Below, in pieces: positions 38,546 to 51,400 of a stretch of DNA of 64,000 nt (its first letter is position 1; the number at the start of each line of letters is the position of its first letter). Source of the DNA: Camelus ferus (taxonomy: Eukaryota); contig NC_045696.1 of NCBI RefSeq assembly GCF_009834535.1, positions 96,598,001-96,662,000 of the forward strand, written 5' to 3'. The position numbers and the translations under genes were made by a program. The notes under the pieces were generated by a model. The model saw only the letters and a list, made by a program, of their open reading frames with translations. It ran no database searches and was not told the origin of the DNA.

Positions 38546-41500
38546 CCAATTTCAAATCAGCTTTTACAGATCTTAGGGACCAGACAGAGGGGAGAGAGGC
38601 TTCTTAGAGCAGCCAACTCATAGAAAGGGATGGAGATAATTCAAAATCATTCTGCCCTAGAATTTGGAGTCAGCCAGGCTGGAAGCCAGGAATTCCAAAT
38701 TTATGGCCAGTGGTCTAGCTCTCTATTCATGGTAGTGACACAGTTTCCTTTTCAAACAGAATTGCTTACAGTACCAAAAAAGACATTTTCAAAAAATATT
38801 AAGTAAATGATAATACAGGTGATACACAGAAGTGGCAAAAATTCAGCCTGAAAGACTACACTTTGAGAAACACCGACTCTGTGATGGAGAACCCAGCCTC
38901 TGGAGGTGGACACCTGCGCTCAGATGCAGACATTGCTAATGACCGCTGGCTTTGCGAACTTACAACCCCAGTGTCCTTGTCTGGACCACAGGGGCGACAC
39001 CTACATCACAGGGGTGTTGTACCGAGTCAGTGAGCTCAGGGAAGCCCAACAGCTGAGTAAAGAAGGCCTTGCCCAGGGAGGAACCTCGGCTGGGCCTGGC
39101 CTCCTCCCTGATCCAAACCAGGGAACGCCTTCGACTTCCTCCCCCGCCGTCCCCCCACCCACACATGTAAAATGTAAACATACATCCAACGCAGGATCTT
39201 CCCTTCGGTAATCGCCTCCCCACAGCAGCCAGCTCTCCAAGACTCAGCACTCTGAGTCCAGAGCTGCTTTTCTGCTCCTGTCCGCTGGAGTTTTAGCTGT
39301 GAGGGCACCTCACAGAGCAGAAAGAAATCCCACCACCACGGCTCATACATGAGTTTTGCTTTTTTATCTTTTTTTTTTTTTATCTTCCCTTGGGGAGGCT
39401 CAAAGGGCACTCTGTGCGTAGGTAAAATAAGCTATCATAGATAAACACAGTGAAACATTGGCTTGTGAGAGCCTTCATCCCTCTGTATTGCTTTAGGGTG
39501 AATCAAACAGCTTACAGTGTAAATAAAAAGGCCTGATGCTTTTCCTGGGTTCCTTCAACTACGGCCCAAGGGAGTCCTCAGTGACCCAGATCTGGCGCTG
39601 TGCTGGGCACTCAGGATGGAAGCAGGAAAGGCCTCCGTCCTCCTGCACAGGGCCGAGCAGAGAGGGAGGGAGAGCAGCTGTCACAGCGCAGCGCTTTCTG
39701 AGATGGGGCAACCCTGCCCGCCTCACACCTGCACTCTGATTTCTCTCCCCAGTGCTGGGCGGCTCTGCTTGTGAGCTGGGCGCTCAGTCAAGTCCTCAAG
39801 TGACACATTTATTGTCACAACAGCCACAGCCACTTTAGCTGGCCCTGGTGCTGGACAGGCTCGGTGGGCTGCCCCTCTGCCCCCAACCCTTCACCACCTG
39901 CTCTGGGCCCTGGCAGGCTGACCTCTGGGTTCTGCATCCACCTACCTGCTTTGCCCTTTGGCCTCCAACCGGATTGGCCTCTGGTAGGGGCAGGAGATCA
40001 GAGTGAAGGAGCAGAGGGGTTTGGGGGTGGGTATCCCCTCTGCTCCTGCCCATAGGGCAGTTCAGCCTGGCTGCCCTCTTGGCTGTAGCTCACAGTCCCC
40101 GTCCCACCATGCTCTCCCAAGACTGCTGGGTAGCTGGTGACTGTCCCTCCCCTTGCCCCATCAGGCCCAGGAATGGAACCGGTGCCCTACAAGTACCAGC
40201 CCCAGGGTGCTCCACCGTCCTGTTAGCGTCCCTGCACAGTAACCACACCTTTGTAAGTGGTCCACCAGCCTCAGTTACCCAACTGGGTGTCCTGCCCAGA
40301 CCCAGACTGCCACGTGGTTACAGAGCACTTAAGATGTGCCAGGCCCTTCTCTGCATTTCATACCCATCACCTCACTCAGTCCTCACAACAACCCTGTGAG
40401 GTTGTGGACCGCAGTATCAGCCAGGTTTACAAACGAGGAAAGTGAGGAACAGAAAGGTCAAGTACTCACCCAACTTCACACAGCAGTAGGGGGCGAAGCC
40501 AGCATTCAAACCAGGCAGGGGAGCTCCAGACAGCTCTGTGTCAGGATCTGTAAGGGAACAGGGAAGTGGGCATGTCTGTTTTTGCTCCTGGGAGCACAGG
40601 TCCAGCCACACAAGCAGGTTTCTGAAGTCTGGCGTGTAGATCAGAAACAGAAAGGCCTCCAGGGTTCCTCACTGTCCCACAGTGCCCGGTGTTGCTGCAT
40701 CCGTGTGACTCAGTCACAAGCTCTCTGCTCATCCTGCCACCAGCACCCCGCTTCCCTCTGCTCTCCTTCTCTCGTCCTCATTGCTTCTGTCTGGGGCCTT
40801 CTCTGGGTGTCCTTTTATTTAAAGTCCCCAGGAAAGGGTCTGCTTGACTGGACAGCCACAAGCGATCTGCCCCACTCTAAAAGTCACTGGCCTGTCCCTG
40901 AGTCAGGAGTTGCATGGTGACCACAACGGATGGGCTCAATGGAGAGACACCCACTGCCCCATGGCTGGAGTGTTTCACGGCAAAGAGAACAGAGACACAC
41001 ACAAGCAGGAGGCTGCACAGCCTGCTCTGGGGCGTTCTCGTGGAGGGTGAAGGATGGACCCTCCCGAGCCTTCCCAACTGTTCCGGAGGCTGGCCGCCTG
41101 CTGGCTCTCCCGGGAGCAGGGCACGGGTGCAGGGTGCACTGGGGAGGAGGCTCAGCTACCCAGGGGCCCCCGCAGCGGACTCAGGCCTCAGGCCTGTCCC
41201 ACGTCCATCCCTGCTGGCACCCACCCCTGGTCAGCAGCCTCAGCCAGGGCGGGTGGGCCACCTAGTACAGAAGGTGGGAGACATGTAAGAAGCAGCCACT
41301 CAGGGCCCTCTCTGACCTTCTGGGGCCTGGCGGCACCCAGAAGGATTTTGACAGACCCCTCTGTTCATATGCCTGAGGAGCCTGCCCCCACTCCATTCTC
41401 CCTGCACCTCCCAGTTCCCCAGCTTACTGTGTTCACCATCTCTGTCTCTGCCCAAACCATCCCCTCAGCCCAGAAAGTCCTTCACTTTCTTCCAGCAAAT

Positions 41501-41681
41501 CATTCCCCACTCATCCCTTAAAAGACATGCTGGAGAAATCCTCCCGGGATACACCAAGCCAGCTCAGCTGTCCTGTCGCCTCAAGAGCAACGCCTGGGTC
41601 TGATTCCTTTTAAATTTGGGGCCCTTCCCCAGATGAGGAACATGCTAGATGTTCCCCAGTGAGCATTCAGGAAATGAAGAC

Positions 41682-41870
41682 TAAACAACAAGGTCCTACT
41701 GTACAGCACAGGGGACTTTACTCAGTATCCTGTAATAAACCATAATGGAAAAGAATATGAAAAAGAGTATGTGTATATATATACACATATGTATAACTGA
41801 ATCACTTTCCTGTACACCAGAAATTAACACAATACTGTAAATCAATTATACTTTAATAAAAAAAAAAAGA
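41682..41870 (+). mobile_element. Short LINE-1 3' tail
   Basis: taaacaacaagg...ctgtacagcacagggg...poly-A; TSD gaaatgaaga. Confidence 0.85.
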
Positions 41871-44800
41871 AGAAATGAAGAGACAAACAAGGAAACCAAT
41901 CAGAAAATAGGATGGGGACTGTTGGCTTCCCCTGCCCCACGCCAAGCAAGTACAGCATGAGAAGAGGCTTAGATGCTGGGTATTTGGGGAAATGACCCCA
42001 GAGGACGGGGGTGAGGGCCTGGGGAGGGGGGAACAAGCAAGAAAGAAGGCCAGCACGAGAATGCATGATCAGCTGGTCTCCACTGTGGGCGTCTGGGGTA
42101 CAGTCCCACCAGAGATTTCTGTAGAGCTGTGTACAAGGGCCTCAGAATGGCCCAACTGAGGGACAGGAGAGGGTCTTCACCCTCCGGGTCCCATCCCCCA
42201 TGTGTCAGAGGCCACCTCACAGTGTGGTCCGTCCCTCGCACGTCCAGAACGCAACCAGGGGACAGAGTGTCAGCAACTCACACTAGAGAGTCAGGGAGAG
42301 GTCAGGCAGAAAGCAACGATTCTCTGTGCAGCTACAGTGAGAGACAGGGGGCCACACGGGTGCAAAGCTAGCTGCCACAGCAGCAGCTGGAGAAAGGGGC
42401 TGGGGCGAAAGACGCAGAGCATCCACACAGGTCTATGTAAGGAGCAGGAGACATTAAGGCTGGAGAAGTAGGGGGAAAGTTACGCTGTGGAGAGCCGTGA
42501 ATGTCAGTCCGAGCATCATGGCTTTATTTGCTAGGCTACCAAGAGCACTGAGGATTCCTAAGCATAACGTCATAGAAATGGGGGCCCCAGTGGGAGGCTT
42601 GAGTTACTTTCAGCCCCTTCCCTCCATAAAATAATCAGCTCTTCACCAAGACCTCTCCGAATAAACATATAATCATAGTAAAAACCAGCACTCCTCTATT
42701 CGCACTGCCTTTAATCAAGAACCACGCCTAATGCCCTCCACACAGAAACACCGAGCCCCATCTGGGTGCTGCTGTCTCTCCCTACCCTTCCATGAAGAAC
42801 TCCCTATAAATATATTTTTAAATGTTCAGTTCTTTGTGTATATCTTTAAGATCTTAAGAAGGAGGAGCTCGGGAACCTTTAAGGAAGAAACCAGTTAAGA
42901 GGGCCTTCCTTGCTGCAACCCATGAGAGGTCTTCAAATGACGGGGAAGCAGGTGATTCCATCTAAATAAAAAAAAAAAAAAAAAAAAAAACTTGGAAAAA
43001 TGATGGGTGAAAGGAGTAAAATGTTCAGATTGGAAAAGCATCAAAAGGGATGTACCTGGAGAGTACCTGGGGTGCAACAACTTTTTAACTAATTCTATCA
43101 GGACACGTACAGTGACAGCTGGCCTGTGGGGCCCCTAACATGTGCTCTGATGTGTCCCCTGCTCCACTGTGGGAAGTGTTTATCTTACCTCCTGACACCT
43201 GGTGGCACATTTACATGGATATCCTCCACGGCTGTTTTCTTTGTCCTTTCCTGGTAAATTAGATTTTTCTGAATAGTCCAAGATCAAAGGCAAGATGAGA
43301 GATTAAGATTTATTTTCTAGTGTTAGTCATAGCCTGGATCACCAAACACAGAGTTCACTAAATGTTTTGAGTAGTGATGACACTACTGAGGTGAGATTAC
43401 AGAGTTCTGTGTGATGTTTCATTAAAACTTTTCATCTGATCAAGGGCACTGTCATTGTTGGTGACAATGTAAATTACCCATCACCCAGCAATTCTGCTTC
43501 TGGGAATTTATCCTAAGGAATTAATAAAAAATGTGGGTAAGACTTAGTTACAAGGTTATTCACCAGGCTGCTCTTTAACCGATTTCTAATTTCTGAAATT
43601 TAGAAATAGGCTGAATTCCCAAAAGAGGAGGATTAGTTAACTAAAGATAATACCATCCTGTTATGGAATGCTACGTTCCATGCTGCCATCGATGTAAACA
43701 CTGCATATATGTACACACATGTAACACATATTTATAGATTATGCTCTGACACAAGGTAAAAGGAGCTGTGGCATCTCCAGATCTGGATAGATGGGATTAT
43801 GAGTAATTTAAATGTTCTTTTTGCTTGCTTTTTCCATTATGAGCATGAACTGCTTTTACAGCATAGAAAAAACAATTAAAGAAACTTCACTGTGGGGAGT
43901 CCCATTACTCATGCACAAGGTGGTCCTAATTTCCCTCTTTTTCCAACTTCAGCTCACAAAGCAGTTTAATTCAGTAGACATTTATTCAGCTTCACTGGGA
44001 CATGCCAAGCATGGCAAACTTCTGGGGACACAAAAATGAAGATGGGATATGGTCCCTGACCTTGGGGGACTCATTTCAAATGGGGACACCTAAACCTCAA
44101 CAGCAGCTCATCAGCGATCTCAGAGAAGTCTAGGATTTGAAGCACAATGGGCCTCCCAGAGACAAGATATTATATTAAAGTGCTTTGAAATGCAGCACCA
44201 TAGTAATGGGGGCTCTCAAACGCCTCCCATCAGAGGGACCAACTCCCAAGAGAGGCTAAGTGTTCCCATGAGGACTGGTACACTGAGCGCACAGCGTGTG
44301 AGGACATGGTTCTCAAGGCAGGCACAGGTAGGGCGAATCTGAGTAATCCTGAGGCCATCCTTCCAGAAGCAACACCTCTGATCCAGTAATATTTCCCTCC
44401 TATACAAGAATATTGTAAGACACTATATTAATAGAAGACATTTCACTTTCCTTTGATATTGTATTCAAGTGATTTTTTTTAACTGCAATTGCATGTTGCC
44501 CTCTAGCGTTCGTCTATATTATTGCAATGGGTGTAATAGGATGCTGATGGAGTGGAGGGAGGTCTGTGCCCCTCAACTTCCCAGAAGGAAAAAATAAGTG
44601 TATTGGATATATAGTAGACCTGTCGAAAGTATTCAAATAATCACCACTTAAATTGCAAAACATAAGCCATGGCTCTGTATTTTCTGTAACCATATAAAAT
44701 TTGCTAATTTTTAGTTGGGATAATGGGATTCATTATACACTTCCAACGTGCCAGGCACAATGCTAAGTGCATTGCATATATTAACCCATTTAATCAGAGC

Positions 44801-45024
44801 CAGCTGCTCTGAGCTCATGCAGGACCTCACAATTCAAGGGAGGAGACAGACATAAAAATGTCTCATCGAAACCAAGCAAAGGGGCACAGGATCTGAGAGA
44901 GAGGACTCTGGAGTGGAGACCCACATGCAGATAGCAGGTCAGCACTCCATACTGTTGTTACATTAGTTCTTGTTAATAATGTCGCGGTGGTGTGCTTTCA
45001 GTTGACCCTCAAAAGTACAATATC

Positions 45025-45780
45025 TTTTTTTTTAAGCAGGTCTATTGAGATATAATTCACATCCCATATAATTCACCCACTTAAAGGGTATAATCCAGTG
45101 ATTTTTAGTATGTTCACAGAGATGTGCAACACAGTCATCTCTAGATCATTTTCATTATTCCTTAAAGAACTCACATGCCTGCTAGCAGTCACTCCCCAAC
45201 TCCCCAAACCCTGTTGACCCTAGACAACCACTAGTCTGCTGTCTGTCTGTGTTACAGACTTGTCTACTCTACATTTCATAAAAATGGAATCACACAACAC
45301 ATGGTGCTCTGTGACTGGCTTCTTTCACTCAGCATAATGTTTTCAAGGTTCATCCATATTGTAGCTTGTATAAGTAACTGTATTTCTTCTTATTGCTGAA
45401 TATTCCATTGTGTAGATATGCCACATTTTAATTATCCATTTATCAGTTTATGAACACTTAGGTTGTTTCCACTTTTTGATAGCTATAAATAATGCTGACA
45501 TGAACATTCATGTATAAGTTTTTGTGTGGACATTTGTTTTCATTTCTCTTGGGCAAAAACTTAAGCGTGGAATTGCTGGTCACATGGTGACTTGACGTTT
45601 AACCTATCAAGAAACTGCCAGATTGTTTTCCAAAGTGCCTGCACCATTTTGCATTCCCAGTGCATATGAGAGTTCCAATTTCTCCACATTCTTCCCAACA
45701 CAGCCATCTTCGTGAATGAAGTAGTGTCTCCCTGCGGCTTGGTTTTGGATGTCTCTGATAGCTAATGTTAAAGGTATAAA
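45025..45780 (-). mobile_element. LINE-1 3' end (L1MB-like)
   Basis: ttgagatataattcacat...ttcacccacttaaag...tttcactcagcataatgttttcaaggttcatccat, typical reverse L1MB tail. Confidence 0.85.
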
Positions 45781-45929
45781 ACCATTTCTTCTTGATACTA
45801 GTAATACAGTAGCCACACAAGCCAAATTAACATAACCTCGTCTTACTTCTAGTAACAGTCTAAACATCTCAGATAAGATACGAGTAAGGAACAATTATAA
45901 GTGATGGACCTGAAAATTCTCAAGATGGC

Positions 45930-47250
45930 AAGTCATTCATTCATTCTTTGACTGGAGCCACAGTTAGAGGGAAGAGGCTGTTCTGGGTGCTGAGAAAGGG
46001 CAGATGGCCACAGGGAGGCAGCTTCTGTCCTCATGGAGTTTAATAGTCTTTCAGGGGAGGCTGACTAGGCAGCTGTTGACATGATGCAATACTTAATCAT
46101 GAAAGGCTCTGTGAAAGGGAAGTGACGGAGACCGTGAGTCATGTAACAGAGGGTCCTGACTTCATCTGGGAGCTCAGAGAAGGCTTCCCAGAGGAAGGGA
46201 AGTTTGAGCCACAATCTGCAGGATGGATTCACAGTCAGAAGAAGGCAGGCTGTGGTGTGAGGAGGCGCTGAAGTGAAAGTGTAGGGGCTAAGCAGATGTG
46301 ATGACTAAAAGTGGGCGGGGCAGCTGCAGGGCATCTCTCGTGAGGCATTTGAAGACTGCAAAGAGGAAATAAAAGTGGACCTTTCAGGGAGCAATTTAAA
46401 GTATTCCAGGCCAGAGGGAAGGTAACTTAAGTATAAGGTTGGAAACAGTAGTGAGATTTGAGAGATAATTAGGAGAAATTTTGAAGAAATTTAGGGAATG
46501 ATTAGATCTGGGGGCCAGGAAGTAGAAGACATCAAGGATGATTCTGCCATTGGATGGATGATGGTATCGTAGACTCGACTGTGGAAATCCCTGGGAAGGA
46601 GCAGGCTGCAGATGAAGGTCATGAGTTAATTCCCGAGAAGCTAAGGTCAAATGCCCAGGAAATACCAGGTGGAGCCGGCAGTTTGCTATACACGTTTGGA
46701 ATTACAGGAAAGATCCTAGAGGTATACGTGTGGGGTGCTCAGGGTGTTGACGGTAAATGTGGTCTTGGGTGGAGAAGATCTTACTTAGGGGAAAGGTATG
46801 GATTAGAAGAAAAGGGAGCCAGGGACGAGGCATGCGTCACTGCAATACTTAAAGGTCACACAGAAGAGGATTCGCCAGCAGAAGAGGCTGAGAAGAAATT
46901 AAACAGACATGATGAGACATGGGAGAGTTAACTAGGTCAAGAAATAAGAGAGTTTCAAGGAGAGTGATCAATAATACTGGAAACTGCCGAGATGTGCCAT
47001 GTGACAACCACTGGATTTAGCCACAGAGGTCACTGGTGACCTCAGCAAGATCTCGTATGGTTGAGTGCTAGGGGCTGAAGCCAGGCTGGAGTGAGCTGAG
47101 AGGGTGTGTGTGTGGGGGGGAGATGGAGACGATGCAAGTAGGCAACTCCTTCAAGAACTAAGGAGGTAAAGAGCAGAAGTGAGGGAAGTGGCTGGAAGAA
47201 GGTGTGAGGTCAAGGGAGAGTTGAATTTAAGATGGCAAGACGAGGCATAT
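45930..47250 (-). mobile_element. L2 LINE remnant
   Basis: cattcattcattc terminus followed by purine-rich degenerate L2 body (ggatttagccacagaggtcactggtgacct). Confidence 0.6.
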
Positions 47251-48159
47251 GTGAATGTAAATGAGAAGAATCCACCCTACTGGTAGAGACGGAAGGATGG
47301 AGACACAGAAAGGCAACAAAGCCTAGTGACAAAGGGCTCGGCTCCTGGGCCAGACCACTGGGGTCACTTCTGGTTCCTCCACCTGCTGCATGGGGTTTGG
47401 GGCAGGACATTTGTCCTCTCTAGGCCTCAGTCTCATCTGTAAAATGGACGGAAATGGAGCTCCTCTGGGGAGGGCTAAACAAGAGAATGCATGGGAAGGG
47501 CTGAGGTTTGGACAGAGTCGCTTTGCCAATGCCAAATGCCAAAGCCACGTGAACTATCTTCAGCCCTCCCTGAGCTTTGTCATTAGAGACACTCAGTTGC
47601 TCGCCTTTAATTTCTCACAGCAACGACCATTAATTCCTGACTCGGAGAGCATAGTGGAGATGGATTCCTACAATTAAAAATAAAGTACCAACAGAATGTG
47701 AACGTAGGCTCACCAGAAATCATAAACTAGAAAGCTCACAGCAGCATGACTCCTAATAGTAACAAATTGGAAGCTACCCCCAAATCCATCAACAAAATAA
47801 TCAATCAACTGGTATATTCAGACACTGAATACTACACAGCCACAAGAATACACAATCTACAACTATACACAGCAATAAAAATGAAAGAAGCCACATGCAA
47901 AAGAGTGTATGTTGTATGAGTCTACTTATATAAAGGACAAAAACAGACAAAACTAATCAATACTGTTAGATATTAAGACGGATTCCCCTGTGCAGGGGGC
48001 GTGGCTAGAAGTGGGGGAGGGGTGGACAAAAGGGGAGTTTCCTGGGGGAGGTGCTAATATGTACTTTAACAATAATTTTTTAAGACAGTCAATAAAGAAC
48101 ATATACGTATGTTCCTATAAAAATAAATAAATAAATAAAAAGGCAACCCAATTAAAAAT

Positions 48160-50407
48160 GGGGGAAAAAAAGCATACATATTTGGAAAAAATATTGTTTG
48201 ATACTCTCCACAGCCATCTCTCAAGTTCCTTTATCAGGTCAGTGAAGCAAATACATAAATTCTGCGATGCAAAGCAACAATAGGTTTTTGCATAGTTCTT
48301 ACAAAGGCAATAACCCTAGACTCTATGAAAGTTGTTTAAGAGGTACCCCTTTTCAGAGGGAAAGACTCTCAAGTCTTCTTAGGATTTGAGGTCTTCCATT
48401 TACTTAAGACATTCTGAGTGGGCAGCTTTAGGAAGTATCTGGTGTCCAAAAAAACTCAGCTCCAGGGAGAGTCACTTGGTCAGCCCAGGCAGTGTCTGAA
48501 ACAGCATCTAACTGCTGAGAAACTGCTGACCCTCTCCACAACATGCTTGCCCAGACAACTGGTGGAGCTTCGACTGACAGTTACTTCTCCGCATGACACC
48601 TACATCCCTGAATGTTTCAGAGACACTGCTGGGTGGTGGCCAGAGTCCTACCTAATCTTCTCCTGTATGGGTCTCTTGACTCTTATTTTTCTCTCCATTT
48701 GAGGTCTTCACCTGGATTTCTGAATGACTGCAGTAACCTAGCTCTGAACCTAATATAAAGATTGTTACCAAATTTTCTTTGAAACAGTACCTCCAGCTTG
48801 TTTCCATCATATTGGATTTCCACCATATTAGATTTGAGATAATGGGAGCTACACCGGATGAGCCATGTGCTTCCTGGCAGGTGACCTGAATGGCGGCCTC
48901 CTCCCTGGACCTTGCCATCCCTGCTTGTCCCACATTTCTTCTCTTCACAATTGAGCTCCTTCCCCTTTTCCCAGTTGTGTTCCACTTGGGGCCAACTGCA
49001 ATACAGCTGCAGGGTTAAAGATCGCTCCTCTCTTTTCCCCACCTGCCTGCTAAATGCCACTTGGAATTGGAAATAAACCAATCCAAAGCTCAGCCAAGTG
49101 GCAGATACCAATAATCAAAAATAAAGTCTGCAGATTCCATCCAGTTATTGGTAATTTCCTCAGGAAACAATTGTTTTCAAATTGATCAATCCTTGTTTTC
49201 AATTCCATTCTACAAATCACTATATGGAAATTCAGGTACCTCACTTAGTAAATTCAGTCTTTCCTAATTTTGTTTAGAGGGGAGGAAACAACTAAATAAA
49301 TCATGTTTTATTTTGTCCTGAAGAACGAAGACCTATACTCAAAAAATTCTCGTTAAAATAGAAATAAAAAGCTTTAAAAATAATATACTGCCTTTATCTT
49401 TTTGAAGTAAACACACAGTGAAATCTGCTTATCAGATATGCTTCAAGTGAAGAGCTTTAAGCGGCTTTCCAGGATATTCTGTTGGAATTTGTGGGGAGAG
49501 AGAAACGGTATTAGGAAATCAAAAGTCAAGTGATTATGCTCATCCATGTTAAGGAGTTTATCTAGTCTAGACTGAATAATCCCTTCGGCAATACCATGGT
49601 GAAGGATTCCAGAACTTTACAACTAAAAATGTAGTGTTCATTTATATTATTATTGTTATTCGCACCCCTTTTTGTCAACTCTTAGAAATAAAGACAATTC
49701 AAGCTAGTTCAGCACAACAGAGAGTGTTCTCAGTTTGATCCCCGGACCAGTAACACCAACATCATCCAGGTTACTGTTAGGAAAATTCTCAGATCTACCC
49801 CAGATCCACAGAATCAAAACTCTGGGGAGGCACTGCCAGGCAACCTGTATCCTAACTAGCCTTCTAGGTAATTCTGAGGCACGCTCACGTTTGACAACCA
49901 CCACTCAAATTCATCTTCCCTCACACACAGTCAGTACAATCTATGCATGTTGTATGATGATGAGTGGCTATACCTTCTGCTAAGACTAAAATCTATCCTG
50001 GAGTGGACAGGATTCCATTATGTAGACTTGTCAACTTTGCTAAGTGCTTTTTTAGATTGCCTAAAATTTTTTCAAGATTTTAGAAGATGTATAAGGTTAA
50101 GTTGGCACAATATAATGGAAATGCTGCATATCTTCTAAAGTGATAAAAATCCATGCTGGAATTTTAAAGAAAACAACGCTGTTCTAAGTAATATTTTAAT
50201 GTCTCCTTTTGCCTGTTTTCTATTTCAGCACATTCATTATGCTGAATGTTATAGCATTATAATTGCTTAGCCATTGAATGGTAACATTTGTTAGTAGAGA
50301 CTGAAAAATTTATTTGTGAAATTCTGCAGAATTCGTTTTTTTATTTCCAATATTTGCTGAAGTTAAATAAAAAATTTTCAAGCCATTGATGTAACAGGAA
50401 AAAAAAT
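48160..50407 (+). pseudogene. Possible decayed processed pseudogene (parent not identified)
   Basis: Non-repeat, coding-like segment with scattered stops (48300-49200), then an AT-rich UTR-like segment, AATAAA at 50366-50371 and an A-run at 50399-50407. No TSD or parent gene recognised. Confidence 0.35.
49715..49905. mobile_element. MER5-like element
   Basis: gtgttctcagtt...gaccagtaacaccaacatca...cagaatcaaaactctgggg...tttgacaaccac. Confidence 0.6.
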
Positions 50408-50984
50408 CTTCAATGAAGGCCAAGTCAAATACTTTCACGGGAGGTAAGGCTAAATAAAGTAGAACAGCTGGATTTAGTCAAGGGTTTTGGCTTCTGGCAT
50501 CCCCAGCTGAGCGAGAGCATCGGGGTGGACAGCCTGGGTCTAGTGGGTCAGTGGTGAAGATGCTTCAGAGCAAGGGGGTCAGAATCCTTTGGGGAGCCTG
50601 ACAAGAGATGGGGAGAAAGTGGGGAGGGGCACCATGCACATGAGACCGTGGACAGTGGGGAAGAGTTTCATTTCCAAATGAGAGGCTCAGTTCCAATACC
50701 ACCCCAGTCATGCCCCTTGGCCCCCAGCCCCAAACCCCTCAGGTTCACCACGTGGGGCTTTCCTGATGTCTCTAAGAAGACATGTGATGACCTTTTACAC
50801 AACTGCAACCTCTTTCAGAGAGAGAGGCCACATTCCATCCAATTCATCCTCTCTACTACACAGAAACATCAGGTGCCCCTATTTTTGTGCGAAGTCAAAC
50901 TGGTGTCTTTCCTCTTTGTCCCATTAGCCCATCCTGGATATGAGATATCATCTCTACCCACTCTTAACCAGGGCCCATGACAGA

Positions 50985-51400
50985 CTATTCACTGTCCCTT
51001 AGGATCCATCCCACCCTTACAAGCGAGAAACCACATACCCAATCCATTCTTGCAACTAGACATGGCTCTGCAAATAGTCAGTTTGGACCAAGAGTACATG
51101 AATGGAAGTGATGCATGCAATCTCCAGATTATATCTTTTTCAAAAAACCTGGTTGCCTTCCTCTTCTTCTTCCCCTCCTCCCCAGATGGAATGCTAATAC
51201 GGTACCTGGTTGTGAGGATGAGGACCCCATTGCTCTGGTGGAGCCACAGAACAGACAGAACCTGGGTCTTCAGATGCTTCTGAATTAGAGCTGCCTCAAG
51301 AACCTAAACCACCTTCTTCTGGACTGTTACATGTGGGAGAAATTAACACACTGTGATTTTTATTTGAATTATTGTATTTCTCTTTGTTACAACCTAGCCT
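50985..51400 (+). mobile_element. Old MLT1-type LTR fragment
   Basis: Degenerate MaLR motifs (gaagtgatgcatgcaa, ggactgttacatgtgggagaaat, ttgttacaac). Confidence 0.5.
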
